Positions 19,458 through 29,355 of a stretch of 64,000 nt of DNA are shown here, one piece after another (the stretch's first letter is position 1; each line of letters begins with the position of its first letter). A model generated the notes under the pieces. That model was not told the DNA's origin, ran no database searches, and saw only the letters and a program-made list of their open reading frames with translations. The translations under genes were made by a program, and so were the position numbers. Source of the stretch: an uncultured Collinsella sp. (GTDB lineage Bacteria > Actinomycetota > Coriobacteriia > Coriobacteriales > Coriobacteriaceae). Where the stretch lies: assembly GCA_937950415.1 (NCBI GenBank), contig CALFDL010000227.1, positions 15,858-79,857 on the forward strand, read 5' to 3'.

Positions 19458-20291
19458 TTACCTGTTTTGATTCTCCTGTTCTTTGTCGCCTGAAATGTCG
19501 GTTTGTTCCTGCAGCATCCTCATCGCTTCATCGACGCAAGTCTTTTTTGCATCGAGTCTCGCCTTTGGTTGCATTTTCGCACGCTTCCCCTTCTCGGCAG
19601 CCTTATCGAAATTTTCAGTCAGAGCCTCGAAGTCAACATCCTCCCAATGCCGTTTCTTCCCTGTTCCCTGCATAAATACGTCGAAATAGCTGACACGGCT
19701 ATGCCTGGCATATGCGAGAGGGCAGACCTGTTCTTCTTTCATACCGGCCTTGACTGCTTCAGCTGGCAATCGGTAAGAAATCATCTCGGTTTTCTTGCGC
19801 CGTGCGATGAACCGCGTGCACATCTCGGGGTGAACGGCCTCATAGGCCAGAACGCTCGATGGGTTACATCCAAATTTCTGCTCGAATTCTTTCTCGCGAG
19901 CATTCATGAATTGAAGTCGTGCTTCCCGTGCAGCCTGCTCGGCCGCCATCTGCCTATCGCGTTCGATAACCTGCTCTTGGCTCATCGGTTCGAAGTTTCG
20001 ACAGACAGCATCCTCGTTCAATCCGAAGAACTCAACTTCACGTGCAGTTCGGCTGGAATGGTGCCACGACTTATACTCAAGGAATTCTTTTGTCAGCTCA
20101 GCTTTGGTTTTCTTTTCGATATCCGGATCGTAAGCCAGATCGAAATCGAAACAGTAGCCCTTGACCGCTTGGATGATTGCGGTCTTGGTCCACCTGCTGA
20201 TCGGCATCTCACCCTGTTCATAAGCCTCGCCTGCACGTACGCTCATCGAGGAACCTAAATAGCCTTTTTGACCATATGTTACCTGCGTCAT
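19458..20291 (-). CDS. Hypothetical MGE protein with the shared C-terminal tail
   Basis: GYLGSSMSVRA.EAYEQGEMPISRWTK and SWHHSS blocks; tail RLDAKKTCVDEAMRML. Confidence 0.75.
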   Translation of the reverse strand: MTQVTYGQKGYLGSSMSVRAGEAYEQGEMPISRWTKTAIIQAVKGYCFDFDLAYDPDIEKKTKAELTKEFLEYKSWHHSSRTAREVEFFGLNEDAVCRNFEPMSQEQVIERDRQMAAEQAAREARLQFMNAREKEFEQKFGCNPSSVLAYEAVHPEMCTRFIARRKKTEMISYRLPAEAVKAGMKEEQVCPLAYARHSRVSYFDVFMQGTGKKRHWEDVDFEALTENFDKAAEKGKRAKMQPKARLDAKKTCVDEAMRMLQEQTDISGDKEQENQNR

Positions 20292-20314
20292 AACCCTAGA
20301 CCTCCGTTCGCTGA

Positions 20315-21505
20315 TCAGCTGTCGCCGACGGTGCCTTCATCGCGTGTGCAGGGCTTCACGCCGATCTCATCAGACAGTCGATTCGATGCCTCACGCGACG
20401 ACATTGTTTTCTGGGATAGGTTCTTAGTTTTTGCAGGCTGCGGCGGTTCGGGCTCAAGCATACCGAGCGTTTTCTTGCATACTTCCGATGCCGTCATGAG
20501 ATAGGAGTCGAATGATTCACCGGACAACGCATAGAACGTCTTGGCGACGGCATCGCGTCCGGATGCATCGCAATTCGAATAGACGCGCAGCAAATCAATC
20601 GCAGCATCGGTTGAGAGGGCGTCAATCGAATTGAATGTCTCGGCGAGCACCGTATCGGCACCTTCCGACTTCTCTGCATCCATATCCTTGATTTTATCCA
20701 TGAACCCCGACACCTGCTCGACCATCCCGTCGCGCCACTCGTCATCTTTTACGATACCCGCTTCGATGCGGTCCGCCATTGCAATGATTTCATTGAAACG
20801 GGCGAGCGTTTCCGCATCGAGTTCCGAGACATAGCTCCAGCGACCGTCTTCGCAAAGTGTGAAGATAAGGTCATTGATTCGACGGTCATCTGGACCCGTA
20901 ACGTAGATTGTCGCGATGTGGGGGGAACCGTTCACGACATGGATCTGTCCGGGAACCTCATCGAGGTGCTTTATACCCCAGGCCATACATTCCTCGATGT
21001 CTGCGACCGACACATCATATAACGTGAAATGTGGGACATCGCCCAACCCATTGACTTTGGAGTCGATATAGATACCGTGGACGGGATCGTAGATGCCGCC
21101 GTTCTTAGAGAAGGACTTGGAAAGCTCGATGAAATGCAGCATGGGGTTTTCCATGAGCGATTCGGCCTTGCACGCTGGTGCAAAAGACAGCAATGCGTCG
21201 GCGACGTTTTCCAGGCAATATGGTCCGTTCAGCCGGGCGCGGTCAAGTATCTCGTTTAACATACGAAGCTGTCCCATATTCGCGCCCTGAAGAAAGGCCG
21301 CGGCAAGGGCTTCATGATTGAAAGACTCCTCCTCATAATGCCCGTCGGAGACATTCAGCGCGGTCCAATCGTCGGTAAGCTTGTTTTTTTGGATCAATAG
21401 GCCGGCGCCGGTGTTTGGAAATAATGGCTGGTCCTCATTGACTTTTTTGATACGGGTGCGGCCTTCAAGGTATTCGCGGTACATATATTTGATGTAATCG
21501 GACAT
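20315..21505 (-). CDS. Hypothetical protein with the shared C-terminal tail
   Basis: AAGGAG RBS; tail KNLSQKTMSSREASNRL. Confidence 0.75.
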   Translation of the reverse strand: MSDYIKYMYREYLEGRTRIKKVNEDQPLFPNTGAGLLIQKNKLTDDWTALNVSDGHYEEESFNHEALAAAFLQGANMGQLRMLNEILDRARLNGPYCLENVADALLSFAPACKAESLMENPMLHFIELSKSFSKNGGIYDPVHGIYIDSKVNGLGDVPHFTLYDVSVADIEECMAWGIKHLDEVPGQIHVVNGSPHIATIYVTGPDDRRINDLIFTLCEDGRWSYVSELDAETLARFNEIIAMADRIEAGIVKDDEWRDGMVEQVSGFMDKIKDMDAEKSEGADTVLAETFNSIDALSTDAAIDLLRVYSNCDASGRDAVAKTFYALSGESFDSYLMTASEVCKKTLGMLEPEPPQPAKTKNLSQKTMSSREASNRLSDEIGVKPCTRDEGTVGDS

Positions 21506-21524
21506 TGCGATTCGCTCCTTTTAA

Positions 21525-22616
21525 CTATTCGCCTACGGTGTCTTCTTCACGGATCTGGTTGACTGTCGTTCGTTCAGTTTGCCTCCGCTGCGCCACATCG
21601 CGGTTCACTTCATGTTTATGTCCCAGGGTGCGGTCAGGTGCCGATTGCGCTTTATTCTCCGCATATGGGATGACTTTGGCGGCGAGCTGGCTGCATTCAT
21701 CGCAGCTGAGGTTCGGCAAGGCGTCAAGATCCACTCCGGCATCCCGCAGCTCCTTGATCGATTGCGCCGCATTTTCAATCGAATTATTCATCTGGACGGC
21801 GACATGGCATCCGCAGGGAAGATATCTATCGGGTCCGAAGCTGTCTGAGAGATATGGGACCAGCTCAGCCTGAACAGTCTCGGTAGCATGTTCCACAGCC
21901 GCGATAACGTCTTGAGGATTGAACTTAAGCGAGATACCGGAAAGATATGAGCCGTAGCTCCTGGCAGCGATCAGGTCGCCTGGCGTCCTGTAATTACTCT
22001 CTCCGCATCCGAAATGATCTTTAAGGGACGCCAGCAGCTCTTTATGGTAGTCGAGCGGCAGAACCCGATCATTCTCATATTCCGGAATGGGACGGTTTTC
22101 GACATTGCACTTTTCCACGAGGGTGCCGTAGACGCTCTGCGGCCACTTTTCAATTGCTCCATAGAATTCACCGGCGGCCTCGATGTCGCCCGTGCGGGTG
22201 AAGAGAAAATCCTTAAGTGATTCCGGGTAGTCCGTCTTGTCCCCGAAGACGGCATCGTAGAATTCATTCTGGTAGAAGAAGAGACCGCGCGGCAGGACGT
22301 GGATAAAATCCTTCACGGACTCATCTACTTCAAATTTGACGTTAGAGATCGGGAATTTCGGACTGAAATCGCTCGGTTTATACTCACGGGCTGTGCGGGG
22401 CAGCTCGAAATGCTGCTTTGCGCCGTCCGCGAGGTCGATATAGTCGTCGACATATTTGAGTTTGCCGATGAACTCACCGCTCTCCGGGTCGAAATAGATC
22501 TGGGCCTTCTGTCCGGTACCGACGTGGAGACGGTTACCCCTTTTGTCATCGGTGCTGCCGTTCTGCAGATACCAGCTGAAACTGGCGACGGGTTTATCGA
22601 AATCAAACTTAGCCAT
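21525..22616 (-). CDS. Hypothetical protein with the shared C-terminal tail
   Basis: Operonic position; tail DRTLGHKHEVNRDVA closely resembles the ArdA tail. Confidence 0.75.
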   Translation of the reverse strand: MAKFDFDKPVASFSWYLQNGSTDDKRGNRLHVGTGQKAQIYFDPESGEFIGKLKYVDDYIDLADGAKQHFELPRTAREYKPSDFSPKFPISNVKFEVDESVKDFIHVLPRGLFFYQNEFYDAVFGDKTDYPESLKDFLFTRTGDIEAAGEFYGAIEKWPQSVYGTLVEKCNVENRPIPEYENDRVLPLDYHKELLASLKDHFGCGESNYRTPGDLIAARSYGSYLSGISLKFNPQDVIAAVEHATETVQAELVPYLSDSFGPDRYLPCGCHVAVQMNNSIENAAQSIKELRDAGVDLDALPNLSCDECSQLAAKVIPYAENKAQSAPDRTLGHKHEVNRDVAQRRQTERTTVNQIREEDTVGE

Positions 22617-22633
22617 TTCCCATCCCCCTTTGC

Positions 22634-23914
22634 TTACGCTCCGATGGCATTTTCATCGCGCATGTTCACAAGGTCTGCGCGGTCGCCCTGCATGTGGGCA
22701 GACGCGTCGCGAGCCGTTTCCTTCTTGTGCGAGAGACTGCGGACGGCGCGATCTTCCTGTTCCGTCTTTTCGGGCATATCGAGCTTCTGCACGATCTCCT
22801 TGCCGGCTGCCGGATGCCCGACTTCCTGCTCGTAGCGGTCGATGATGAAGTCGGTCGCCTGCGATGCCTGGGAAGCGGCGGCAAAGAAATCGTCACAGAG
22901 TTCTTCCTTGGTCGCCTCATATTCGTCCGTGCCGGCCACGCTGTCGAGACGCCCCTTCCAGAACTCAAGGTAGGCGACATGCTCGCCATAACCGGCGGCC
23001 TCGGGGTCGGTCTCGGCCTTGACGGCAAGATCGACGGAGCTGAAGATGCTGCTTAGCTCAGCGACGATCTCCTCGTGTGCATATTCCTTGCTGCGCATGT
23101 CACCCGTCATCTGACGGTCAAGTGCGGGCGCTGTAGAATGGCCCATCTCATGGAGTAGTGAGGCGAGGAACGAGGAATTGCTGTTGAACGCCTCGCGGGA
23201 CGGAACCGAAATCTTGTCATTGACGAAGTTGTAGTAGGCGCCGTCGGTGCTCCCCTCGAACACCTCGCACCTACTCGACGCGATCACGTCGTCGGCAAGG
23301 AGCCCGACTTCGATATCGTCATTCGGCGCGAGGTCGGGAACGGGAAGCGGCGGGACGCCCTCGATAAGTGAGAGGTTGAAGACCTTGAAATAGCGATCGC
23401 ATTCCGGGTGCGGATGGACGCCACTCGGAAGCTGCTCGAATTCATATTTTCCGTTATCGCCTTTACGGTAGCGTCCCCAGACGCCGTTCTCTTTGACGGC
23501 GCGGACCCTGGTGAACTTCTGTGTGCCCCCTTTGTCGGTAAGTGGTGTTCCGTCTTTCTTGACGCGCGGAATGTAGGCGTACATGCCCCAATGCTCGATG
23601 CCTACACCGAGTTCGTCATTGATGCCCCCTCGTCCGTTCTGCAGGTTCTCTGGGACTTTCCAGCCCATTTCCTTAATCTGCTTCTCGGTAGCCCAACGCG
23701 GGTCGGCATAGCCTCGCATCATGCCGTAGACATATGTGTAGAGGAAATTGCGTCCGCTGTATTGGGTACCGGAAACCGGGTTATGCGGTGGGAGAGGGGA
23801 GGCCTCTACCCACGGTTTCTTCCACTCGTTACCGCCTTTCTCCATGTCCTCCAGAACGCGCATGGTGATTTCCTCGCGCTGCTTGTTGATGCGGGAGAAT
23901 TTAGTCATTGTCAT
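22634..23914 (-). CDS. ardC: ArdC-like antirestriction protein (ssDNA-binding domain plus zincin metalloprotease)
   Basis: WKKPW, NPVSGTQYSGRN, DPRWAT, VFNL, LLHEMGHST and YAHEEIVAEL motifs; tail RSLSHKKETARDASAHM. Confidence 0.9.
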   Translation of the reverse strand: MTMTKFSRINKQREEITMRVLEDMEKGGNEWKKPWVEASPLPPHNPVSGTQYSGRNFLYTYVYGMMRGYADPRWATEKQIKEMGWKVPENLQNGRGGINDELGVGIEHWGMYAYIPRVKKDGTPLTDKGGTQKFTRVRAVKENGVWGRYRKGDNGKYEFEQLPSGVHPHPECDRYFKVFNLSLIEGVPPLPVPDLAPNDDIEVGLLADDVIASSRCEVFEGSTDGAYYNFVNDKISVPSREAFNSNSSFLASLLHEMGHSTAPALDRQMTGDMRSKEYAHEEIVAELSSIFSSVDLAVKAETDPEAAGYGEHVAYLEFWKGRLDSVAGTDEYEATKEELCDDFFAAASQASQATDFIIDRYEQEVGHPAAGKEIVQKLDMPEKTEQEDRAVRSLSHKKETARDASAHMQGDRADLVNMRDENAIGA

Positions 23915-23960
23915 TTGTCGTCTCCTTCTAGTCGTTTTGATCCTGAAAATCTATCCATCG

Positions 23961-24067
23961 AGCGAGCCTTGGCGAGCGGATCATAGGTGCCGCCAGGCAC
24001 CGCATGGAATGCGGGTCGCGGTACGCATCGCCCATTCGAGTTGCCATTCGTCCGGCAAATCGAATCG
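23961..24067. repeat. Structured intergenic element, copy 1
   Basis: 43/46 nt identical to 42852-42897; GGTGCC-GCCA-GGCACC hairpin followed by a second hairpin. Confidence 0.8.
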
Positions 24068-24077
24068 ATTTTTTGCA

Positions 24078-24947
24078 TCACTCGTCAAGTAACAATTCAC
24101 CCTTCTTTTTGGCCTCTTCGGCGAGTTTATCGGCACCCGCTCGCGCGATCTCGCCCTTCACGGTCAACTTTCCATCGTCTCGCCCTGGCGAATCGCTTTT
24201 TTCGACTCGCCCCTTCAATTCGAATGCCCTCGATACCGCACCGCGGAAATCGAAAGTCATATTGCGACCCCTGGCCTCTGCGATGCAGGCATATGTCCAG
24301 AACTTATCGCCGATCATGCCGTCTTCGTCGGCAAGCCTGTCAAACCGCTCTGCGAAATCGCTTCTGACGGCGACGACTGGCACGGTCTGCTTCGACATGA
24401 TGTCGCAAATCATGAGTTCCCCGGTCTTATCCGCCAGCAGGAGGAAAGGCTTGATGTCGTCGATCCATTCCCGTCCGATTCCCGAGAGGTCGCTTGCCCA
24501 TTTCTCACCTGAGATAATTCGGTATCCTTCGGGAATTTCGATTTCATCGAGCAGGACGCCCGGACCATCGCTGAATCGCGTGAAAATCTCCTGGTAGGCA
24601 TAATCGAGGACATCGGCATCGCCGTATGCATCGGTCCAGGGTCCGTTTTTGACTCCATGCTGGTCTTTGACCTTTATCGCGGCACTCCTGATAGCGCTCT
24701 TGACGCTCATATCGGTATCTTTGTCCATGTTCTCAAGAAGGAATCTGTCTTCCATCTCTTCTGAAACCGAACGTATCAGAGCTGAGCGAATTCCGTCGGG
24801 AAGGGCAGTGCTCCATGGACTATCGATTGCGGAACGCAGTTGCTCCAGAATGTATCGGTCTTTGATTTCCGCGATGTTGCCTTTGGTGAGTTCGAATAGG
24901 ACGAATGCCTTGGCTCCATTTCCCCTGTCGACGATGATTTCCCTCAA
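24078..24947 (-). CDS. Hypothetical protein with the shared C-terminal tail
   Basis: TTG start at 24947 after a GGAGG RBS; tail KLTVKGEIARAGADKL. Confidence 0.7.
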   Translation of the reverse strand: MREIIVDRGNGAKAFVLFELTKGNIAEIKDRYILEQLRSAIDSPWSTALPDGIRSALIRSVSEEMEDRFLLENMDKDTDMSVKSAIRSAAIKVKDQHGVKNGPWTDAYGDADVLDYAYQEIFTRFSDGPGVLLDEIEIPEGYRIISGEKWASDLSGIGREWIDDIKPFLLLADKTGELMICDIMSKQTVPVVAVRSDFAERFDRLADEDGMIGDKFWTYACIAEARGRNMTFDFRGAVSRAFELKGRVEKSDSPGRDDGKLTVKGEIARAGADKLAEEAKKKGELLLDE

Positions 24948-24970
24948 ACACTTGCCTCCTTCCCTGTTTT

Positions 24971-24984
24971 GTAAGATTCTACCA
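24971..24984 (-). promoter_or_regulatory. TGGTAGAATCTTAC motif (extended -10), copy 1
   Basis: Identical 14-mer at five operon heads; this one precedes the 24947-19458 operon. Confidence 0.75.
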
Positions 24985-25372
24985 CTCATTCTCATCCGAC
25001 CATTACGTTTCTCTCCATGTTTTTGCTGAACTGTATTTTGGCAAACGCTTGCGGATTTCGTCAAAGCCGCGACATCTGTCCATCTTTACGACCGGACCCT
25101 GTTAGTTCCATGTGAGCGGTCCCCGTCGCTCGCGGGTTTCCTAGCCCACCGAGGTCCGGAAACGCAAGGGCTGCCCTACGGCGCATCGTTTCACTTGTCC
25201 CTTGTCGTTTCAGTCCCATCGTGGTCTTGAACGGATACCGGCGACGGGAAATCGCCAGCACATTGAAAACTGAACAGGGTTCGGAAGCGCCGACGGAAGA
25301 GCGGATGTTGAGTGCCGAACCTGCAAGGGCACCAAAGAAAACAGTAGGTTGAAAAACAAGGAGGAAAACGAA

Positions 25373-26275
25373 ATGGAAGAAAGAAGAGAAATGAATGAAC
25401 AGAGAATGATGACCAGGGAGGAGCTGGAGATGAGATTGCCGGCGCTGAATCATATCGCGGAACAGAGGGATGCCAAATTCAGACTTCGCTACGCTGAGAA
25501 GACGGTGAACAATGGTATCGAGCGTGGGTACACCTTGGATGCCGGAACAAGGGTGTCTGTAAACGTTTACCAGAACGAGAGCTGGGCGCAGATGCCAGAC
25601 GAGGAGCTTTTCGATACCCTGAACGATCTCGATGGAAAATACTGTGTGACGGAAGACCAGGAGACGATCGGGGAGAGACTGAATGCCCTTTTCAAGAGCG
25701 GCGAGCTGTTCGAGAAAATCTATCCAGTTGTCGTATCCGAAAACAATACGGAAAACTTTACGGAGGCCGGTATCACATTCGATCGATATCTCGACATGCT
25801 GATTACATATCGCGTCGAACTGATGCAGATGAATGATGGAATCGGGACGATTCGACTTCAGGACAGCCATCTTGAGACTTTCGGAATTTCCCGTCAGAAG
25901 ATCCGAGAGGCTGCATTTGCCAACCTTGAAGGGATTGTCGATTTCATGACGCTGCGTGATGACGCATCCGGCTTCAAGATGGTTGCGGCGACCAGGAAAG
26001 ACAAACAGTTCGGCGGGGCGGCGTCGATGTTGCTCCCGTCGGTTCGCAGGAGACTTGCCGAGATGTTCGGGACCGATAGCCTTGTCTTCCTTCCATCGAG
26101 CATTTCAGAGGTCATTGTTGTAGCGCAGACAGCCGGTGAACCGGAAACGCTTCTCGCAATGGTTCATGAAATCAATGAGATGGAAGTCGCGCTGGAGGAA
26201 CGGCTCACGGACAGTATCTATCCGATGTACCTTGCAGACGGCGAGTACCGCCTTTCAGTTATCCGCCCTCGATAA
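25373..26275 (+). CDS. DUF5688-like protein
   Basis: YLDMLITYR, GAASML, VFLPSSISEVIVV and MVHEIN..V..EERLTDSIY motifs; AGGAGG RBS. Confidence 0.75.
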   Translation: MEERREMNEQRMMTREELEMRLPALNHIAEQRDAKFRLRYAEKTVNNGIERGYTLDAGTRVSVNVYQNESWAQMPDEELFDTLNDLDGKYCVTEDQETIGERLNALFKSGELFEKIYPVVVSENNTENFTEAGITFDRYLDMLITYRVELMQMNDGIGTIRLQDSHLETFGISRQKIREAAFANLEGIVDFMTLRDDASGFKMVAATRKDKQFGGAASMLLPSVRRRLAEMFGTDSLVFLPSSISEVIVVAQTAGEPETLLAMVHEINEMEVALEERLTDSIYPMYLADGEYRLSVIRPR

Positions 26276-26413
26276 AGGGGCGGAGCCCCTTCGGGGCATT
26301 CGGGTGGCATCTGATTCGCGCTGCTCGAATGTCTCGAATCAAGTCGAGCGCTCGAGATTGAATCGTCGTGCCGGTAATGGTATTATTGTATTAGTATATC
26401 GAAAGGGGAAATC

Positions 26414-27676
26414 ATGAAAATGGCTGAATACACATTGATGAACAAGAACCACCCCGTTGTTTCCTTCAGATATGACCGAGATATTCACGCAGTGGTGAAG
26501 ATTGTTGATGTTCATGATCTCAGATATGCACCCGTGGCTCTCGCTGATTCAAAAGGTATCGTGACCAGGCGTGCGCTCAACGACTGGTGGCGCCGGCGTG
26601 CGATTCCGGCGTCCCGGCATCAGATTCAGCAACTTCTCGATTCTTTGAATCTCAATAGCACGTTGGAGCTGGCGGAGGAGAATTTTGGACTTTCGCTGTC
26701 TGATCGTTACTGGATCAACAACAGTAAGAATCCTTTGAAATGGGAGGATGTCAATTTCTTCGACAATGACTTTACAGACGATCTTGGAATGTTGACTCTT
26801 GGACAGGAATCGTCCGGCAATCCGAATCTGATGTCGCCGAATTCGACGCTTGGCGGCGATCTCAATAAAAAATGGAAGATCGTCAATGGCAGGCGAATCC
26901 TCGTGAAAGGCGGGACTGGGTCGACACGACAGGAGGTTCTGAACGAAGTTGTGGCGACGGCGCTGTATAACCGCCTGCTAAGCAGAAACGATTACGTTCC
27001 TTACTTCCTATTTGAGGAGAATGACCGAATCTATTCCGCATGTGAGAACATGCTCGGACAGGATGAGGAGCTAGTCACCGCATATGACGTACTTTCAACA
27101 CGAAAGAAACCTGATTCTATAAGTGACTATGACTTTCTGGTGGACACCTACAAGAGCCTTGGTCTCAAAAATGTAGAGGAAGGTCTGGCAAAAATGTTCA
27201 CCTGTGATTATATCCTTGCCAATCAAGACCGGCACTGGCGTAACTTCGGGGTAATCCGAAATGTTGAAACACTTGAATTTACAAGGCTTGCGCCGATTTT
27301 CGATAATGGGACAAGCCTTTGGTGTCACGCCTACAACATTCTCGCTGAAGATAGCTATATCGCAAAACCGTTTGGACCGAAAGGTATGGCTCCGGACAAG
27401 CAGCTCAGCCTTTTCAGAAATTACAGCTGGTTCGATAGGGACAAGCTTGTCGGTTTCCCTCTTGAGGCAAAGGAGATCTTGTCCCATGGGAACGATGGTA
27501 TCCAAGCTCGACTTGATGTTATCGAAAGTCGCATCGAACGAAATATCGGCAGTGTTCAACGGCATATTGAAAAGTTGGCAGTCGGGCAAAAGGAGCCATT
27601 GCGTGTCAAGCGAGATAAGGTTTTGCAGATACCGCGGATGAATGACTCAGTTTCAAGAACTGAAAGAGAACGGTAA
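26414..27676 (+). CDS. HipA-like kinase
   Basis: GGDLNKKW, LVKGG, NEVVAT, NQDRHWRNFG and APIFDNGTSL motifs. Confidence 0.85.
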   Translation: MKMAEYTLMNKNHPVVSFRYDRDIHAVVKIVDVHDLRYAPVALADSKGIVTRRALNDWWRRRAIPASRHQIQQLLDSLNLNSTLELAEENFGLSLSDRYWINNSKNPLKWEDVNFFDNDFTDDLGMLTLGQESSGNPNLMSPNSTLGGDLNKKWKIVNGRRILVKGGTGSTRQEVLNEVVATALYNRLLSRNDYVPYFLFEENDRIYSACENMLGQDEELVTAYDVLSTRKKPDSISDYDFLVDTYKSLGLKNVEEGLAKMFTCDYILANQDRHWRNFGVIRNVETLEFTRLAPIFDNGTSLWCHAYNILAEDSYIAKPFGPKGMAPDKQLSLFRNYSWFDRDKLVGFPLEAKEILSHGNDGIQARLDVIESRIERNIGSVQRHIEKLAVGQKEPLRVKRDKVLQIPRMNDSVSRTERER

Positions 27677-27855
27677 TGAAAGGGGCTTTTTGCCCCTTTT
27701 TTAGCGTTCGTCGTACCTCCCTGTTTCAAGCGACTATAGGAAGTATCAGGAAGGATCTCATCGAAATGTACCGAAAGCCATCGTAAATGTAGTCGGCTGT
27801 ATCAATACGCTTTTTTGATGTTATAGTACTATTACACAAAGCATTACAGGAGGAA

Positions 27856-28569
27856 TTGAATATGGGAAGGATGTGGCGCGGTGGGTATCGCCGCTTCCAT
27901 CCGATAGGAGATCGGATGGGAAATGAAATGGTTGATGCGTTCGATGTGGGTCAGCCGATATGCGACCTTGATATGAAATACGGGGTATATAAGGTCCCTG
28001 CTAAAGAAGTCATACCGTACAGGATCTATCCGGTGCTGTCGCCGGTCTGGAAGGCTGACGGCTATGACGAGCTGGGGATCATCTACGATCGCTATCTCGA
28101 TCTGCTTGTCACCTACGTCGTCGAGGGTGAATCCGAAACGGACGGCTACGCGGCCGCAATCGTGACGTATGACAATCTCGATACATTCGACTTGCCGAGA
28201 GGGAAGCTGTTCGAATATGCATCCCGCAACCTCAAATCGGATATACGGATCGGCTTCACCGGCACAACGGGGCAGCTCGCTATGTTGGAGATCGGTAGGC
28301 TGAGCGGGGGAGTGGGAGGCGCCTCGGCGCTGCTCTTGTCATCGGTATGGGAAAGTGCCGTCAAATTACTCGGCACGGAGAAGATCATATTCTTCGCATT
28401 GAGTAACTGCGAGCTCATGGCGGTAGTTGCGGAAGAGCGGATAATTCATGCCTTGAAATCCGGTCTCTTCGATGCGGCAAGGGAATCAGTCCCAGTTGAA
28501 GAGTATTTTCCGAAGAGCATTTACGGGCTCGTGTCGGATAGATCGGGCTATTGCCTTCATCGGTTTTGA
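27856..28569 (+). CDS. Divergent DUF5688-like paralog
   Basis: RIYPV, GIIYDRYLDLLVTY and GGASALLLSSV align with 25373..26275. Confidence 0.7.
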   Translation: MNMGRMWRGGYRRFHPIGDRMGNEMVDAFDVGQPICDLDMKYGVYKVPAKEVIPYRIYPVLSPVWKADGYDELGIIYDRYLDLLVTYVVEGESETDGYAAAIVTYDNLDTFDLPRGKLFEYASRNLKSDIRIGFTGTTGQLAMLEIGRLSGGVGGASALLLSSVWESAVKLLGTEKIIFFALSNCELMAVVAEERIIHALKSGLFDAARESVPVEEYFPKSIYGLVSDRSGYCLHRF

Positions 28570-28667
28570 AAGGTGCGATATACCTCGAACGCTCGAACAT
28601 ACGGTTGCTTTTCGGTTGCTATAGTGCTATAATACTAGCATATTGCATTAACGGAAGGAGGATACGT

Positions 28668-29003
28668 ATGGAGGAAAATAGCTTTCAGGTCGCTTTGCGC
28701 TCGGCCCTGTCTGAGCTGAAGGACGGGTCGATGGTCGAGTTGAGCGAGCGTGACCCCGGCTTCCGACAAAGTGAGATGGAAGAACATCTTGCGGAGCAGG
28801 ATTGGCTCAAGATCTCTCATGAGATTCCGCAGGAGCTTCGGGATGTGACGGATCGCTTTATCCGCGCTGTCCGCGTCCATGCCTGCGACCAGGTCGATAC
28901 GGCCTATCTTGCCGGTATGCGTGACATGATGAAGATCGCGGCGGCATTCGGGCTCTATGAGATCGATCCCGACGATGTCTTGCCGGCGCAACAGAGGAAG
29001 TAG
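28668..29003 (+). CDS. Hypothetical helical protein
   Basis: AAGGAGG RBS before ATG 28668; C-terminal AYLAGMRD motif. Confidence 0.65.
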   Translation: MEENSFQVALRSALSELKDGSMVELSERDPGFRQSEMEEHLAEQDWLKISHEIPQELRDVTDRFIRAVRVHACDQVDTAYLAGMRDMMKIAAAFGLYEIDPDDVLPAQQRK

Positions 29004-29035
29004 ACAAACTGTCTATACTATGCTATAGTAGTATT

Positions 29036-29159
29036 GTTTTCGAAGATTCCTTCGGGAATCACCTTGTTGGCCGGTATTCCTATCTACCGGCATCAGCCTA
29101 TTTTTATACAGGAAAAGAAGAAGATTGCGGTCTCTCTCCGCAGCCTTCTTCTTTTTTTT
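29036..29159 (+). ncRNA. Candidate ~125-nt sRNA
   Basis: TAGACA-N17-TATAGT promoter at 29001-29029, two small hairpins, a terminator with a long U tract, and no ORF. Confidence 0.4.
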
Positions 29160-29179
29160 ATTCGCAAGCGCTTGCGAAT
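29160..29179. repeat. Dispersed palindrome, copy 3
   Basis: ATTCGCAAGCGCTTGCGAAT directly after a terminator. Confidence 0.9.
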
Positions 29180-29355
29180 TTTAACGGGTGGATTCATCTT
29201 TCATTTGCGATGAAAGATGAGGCTTTTTCATTTCTTGAATAGAGCGCATGTATTCTTTTCTTTGTCTTAATATTCACGTTTGAAAACTCATAGTAAAAAC
29301 GAGGGGCAGATGAAACTCCATCTGCCCCTCGTTCAGTTTTAGAAGGCGATATTCG

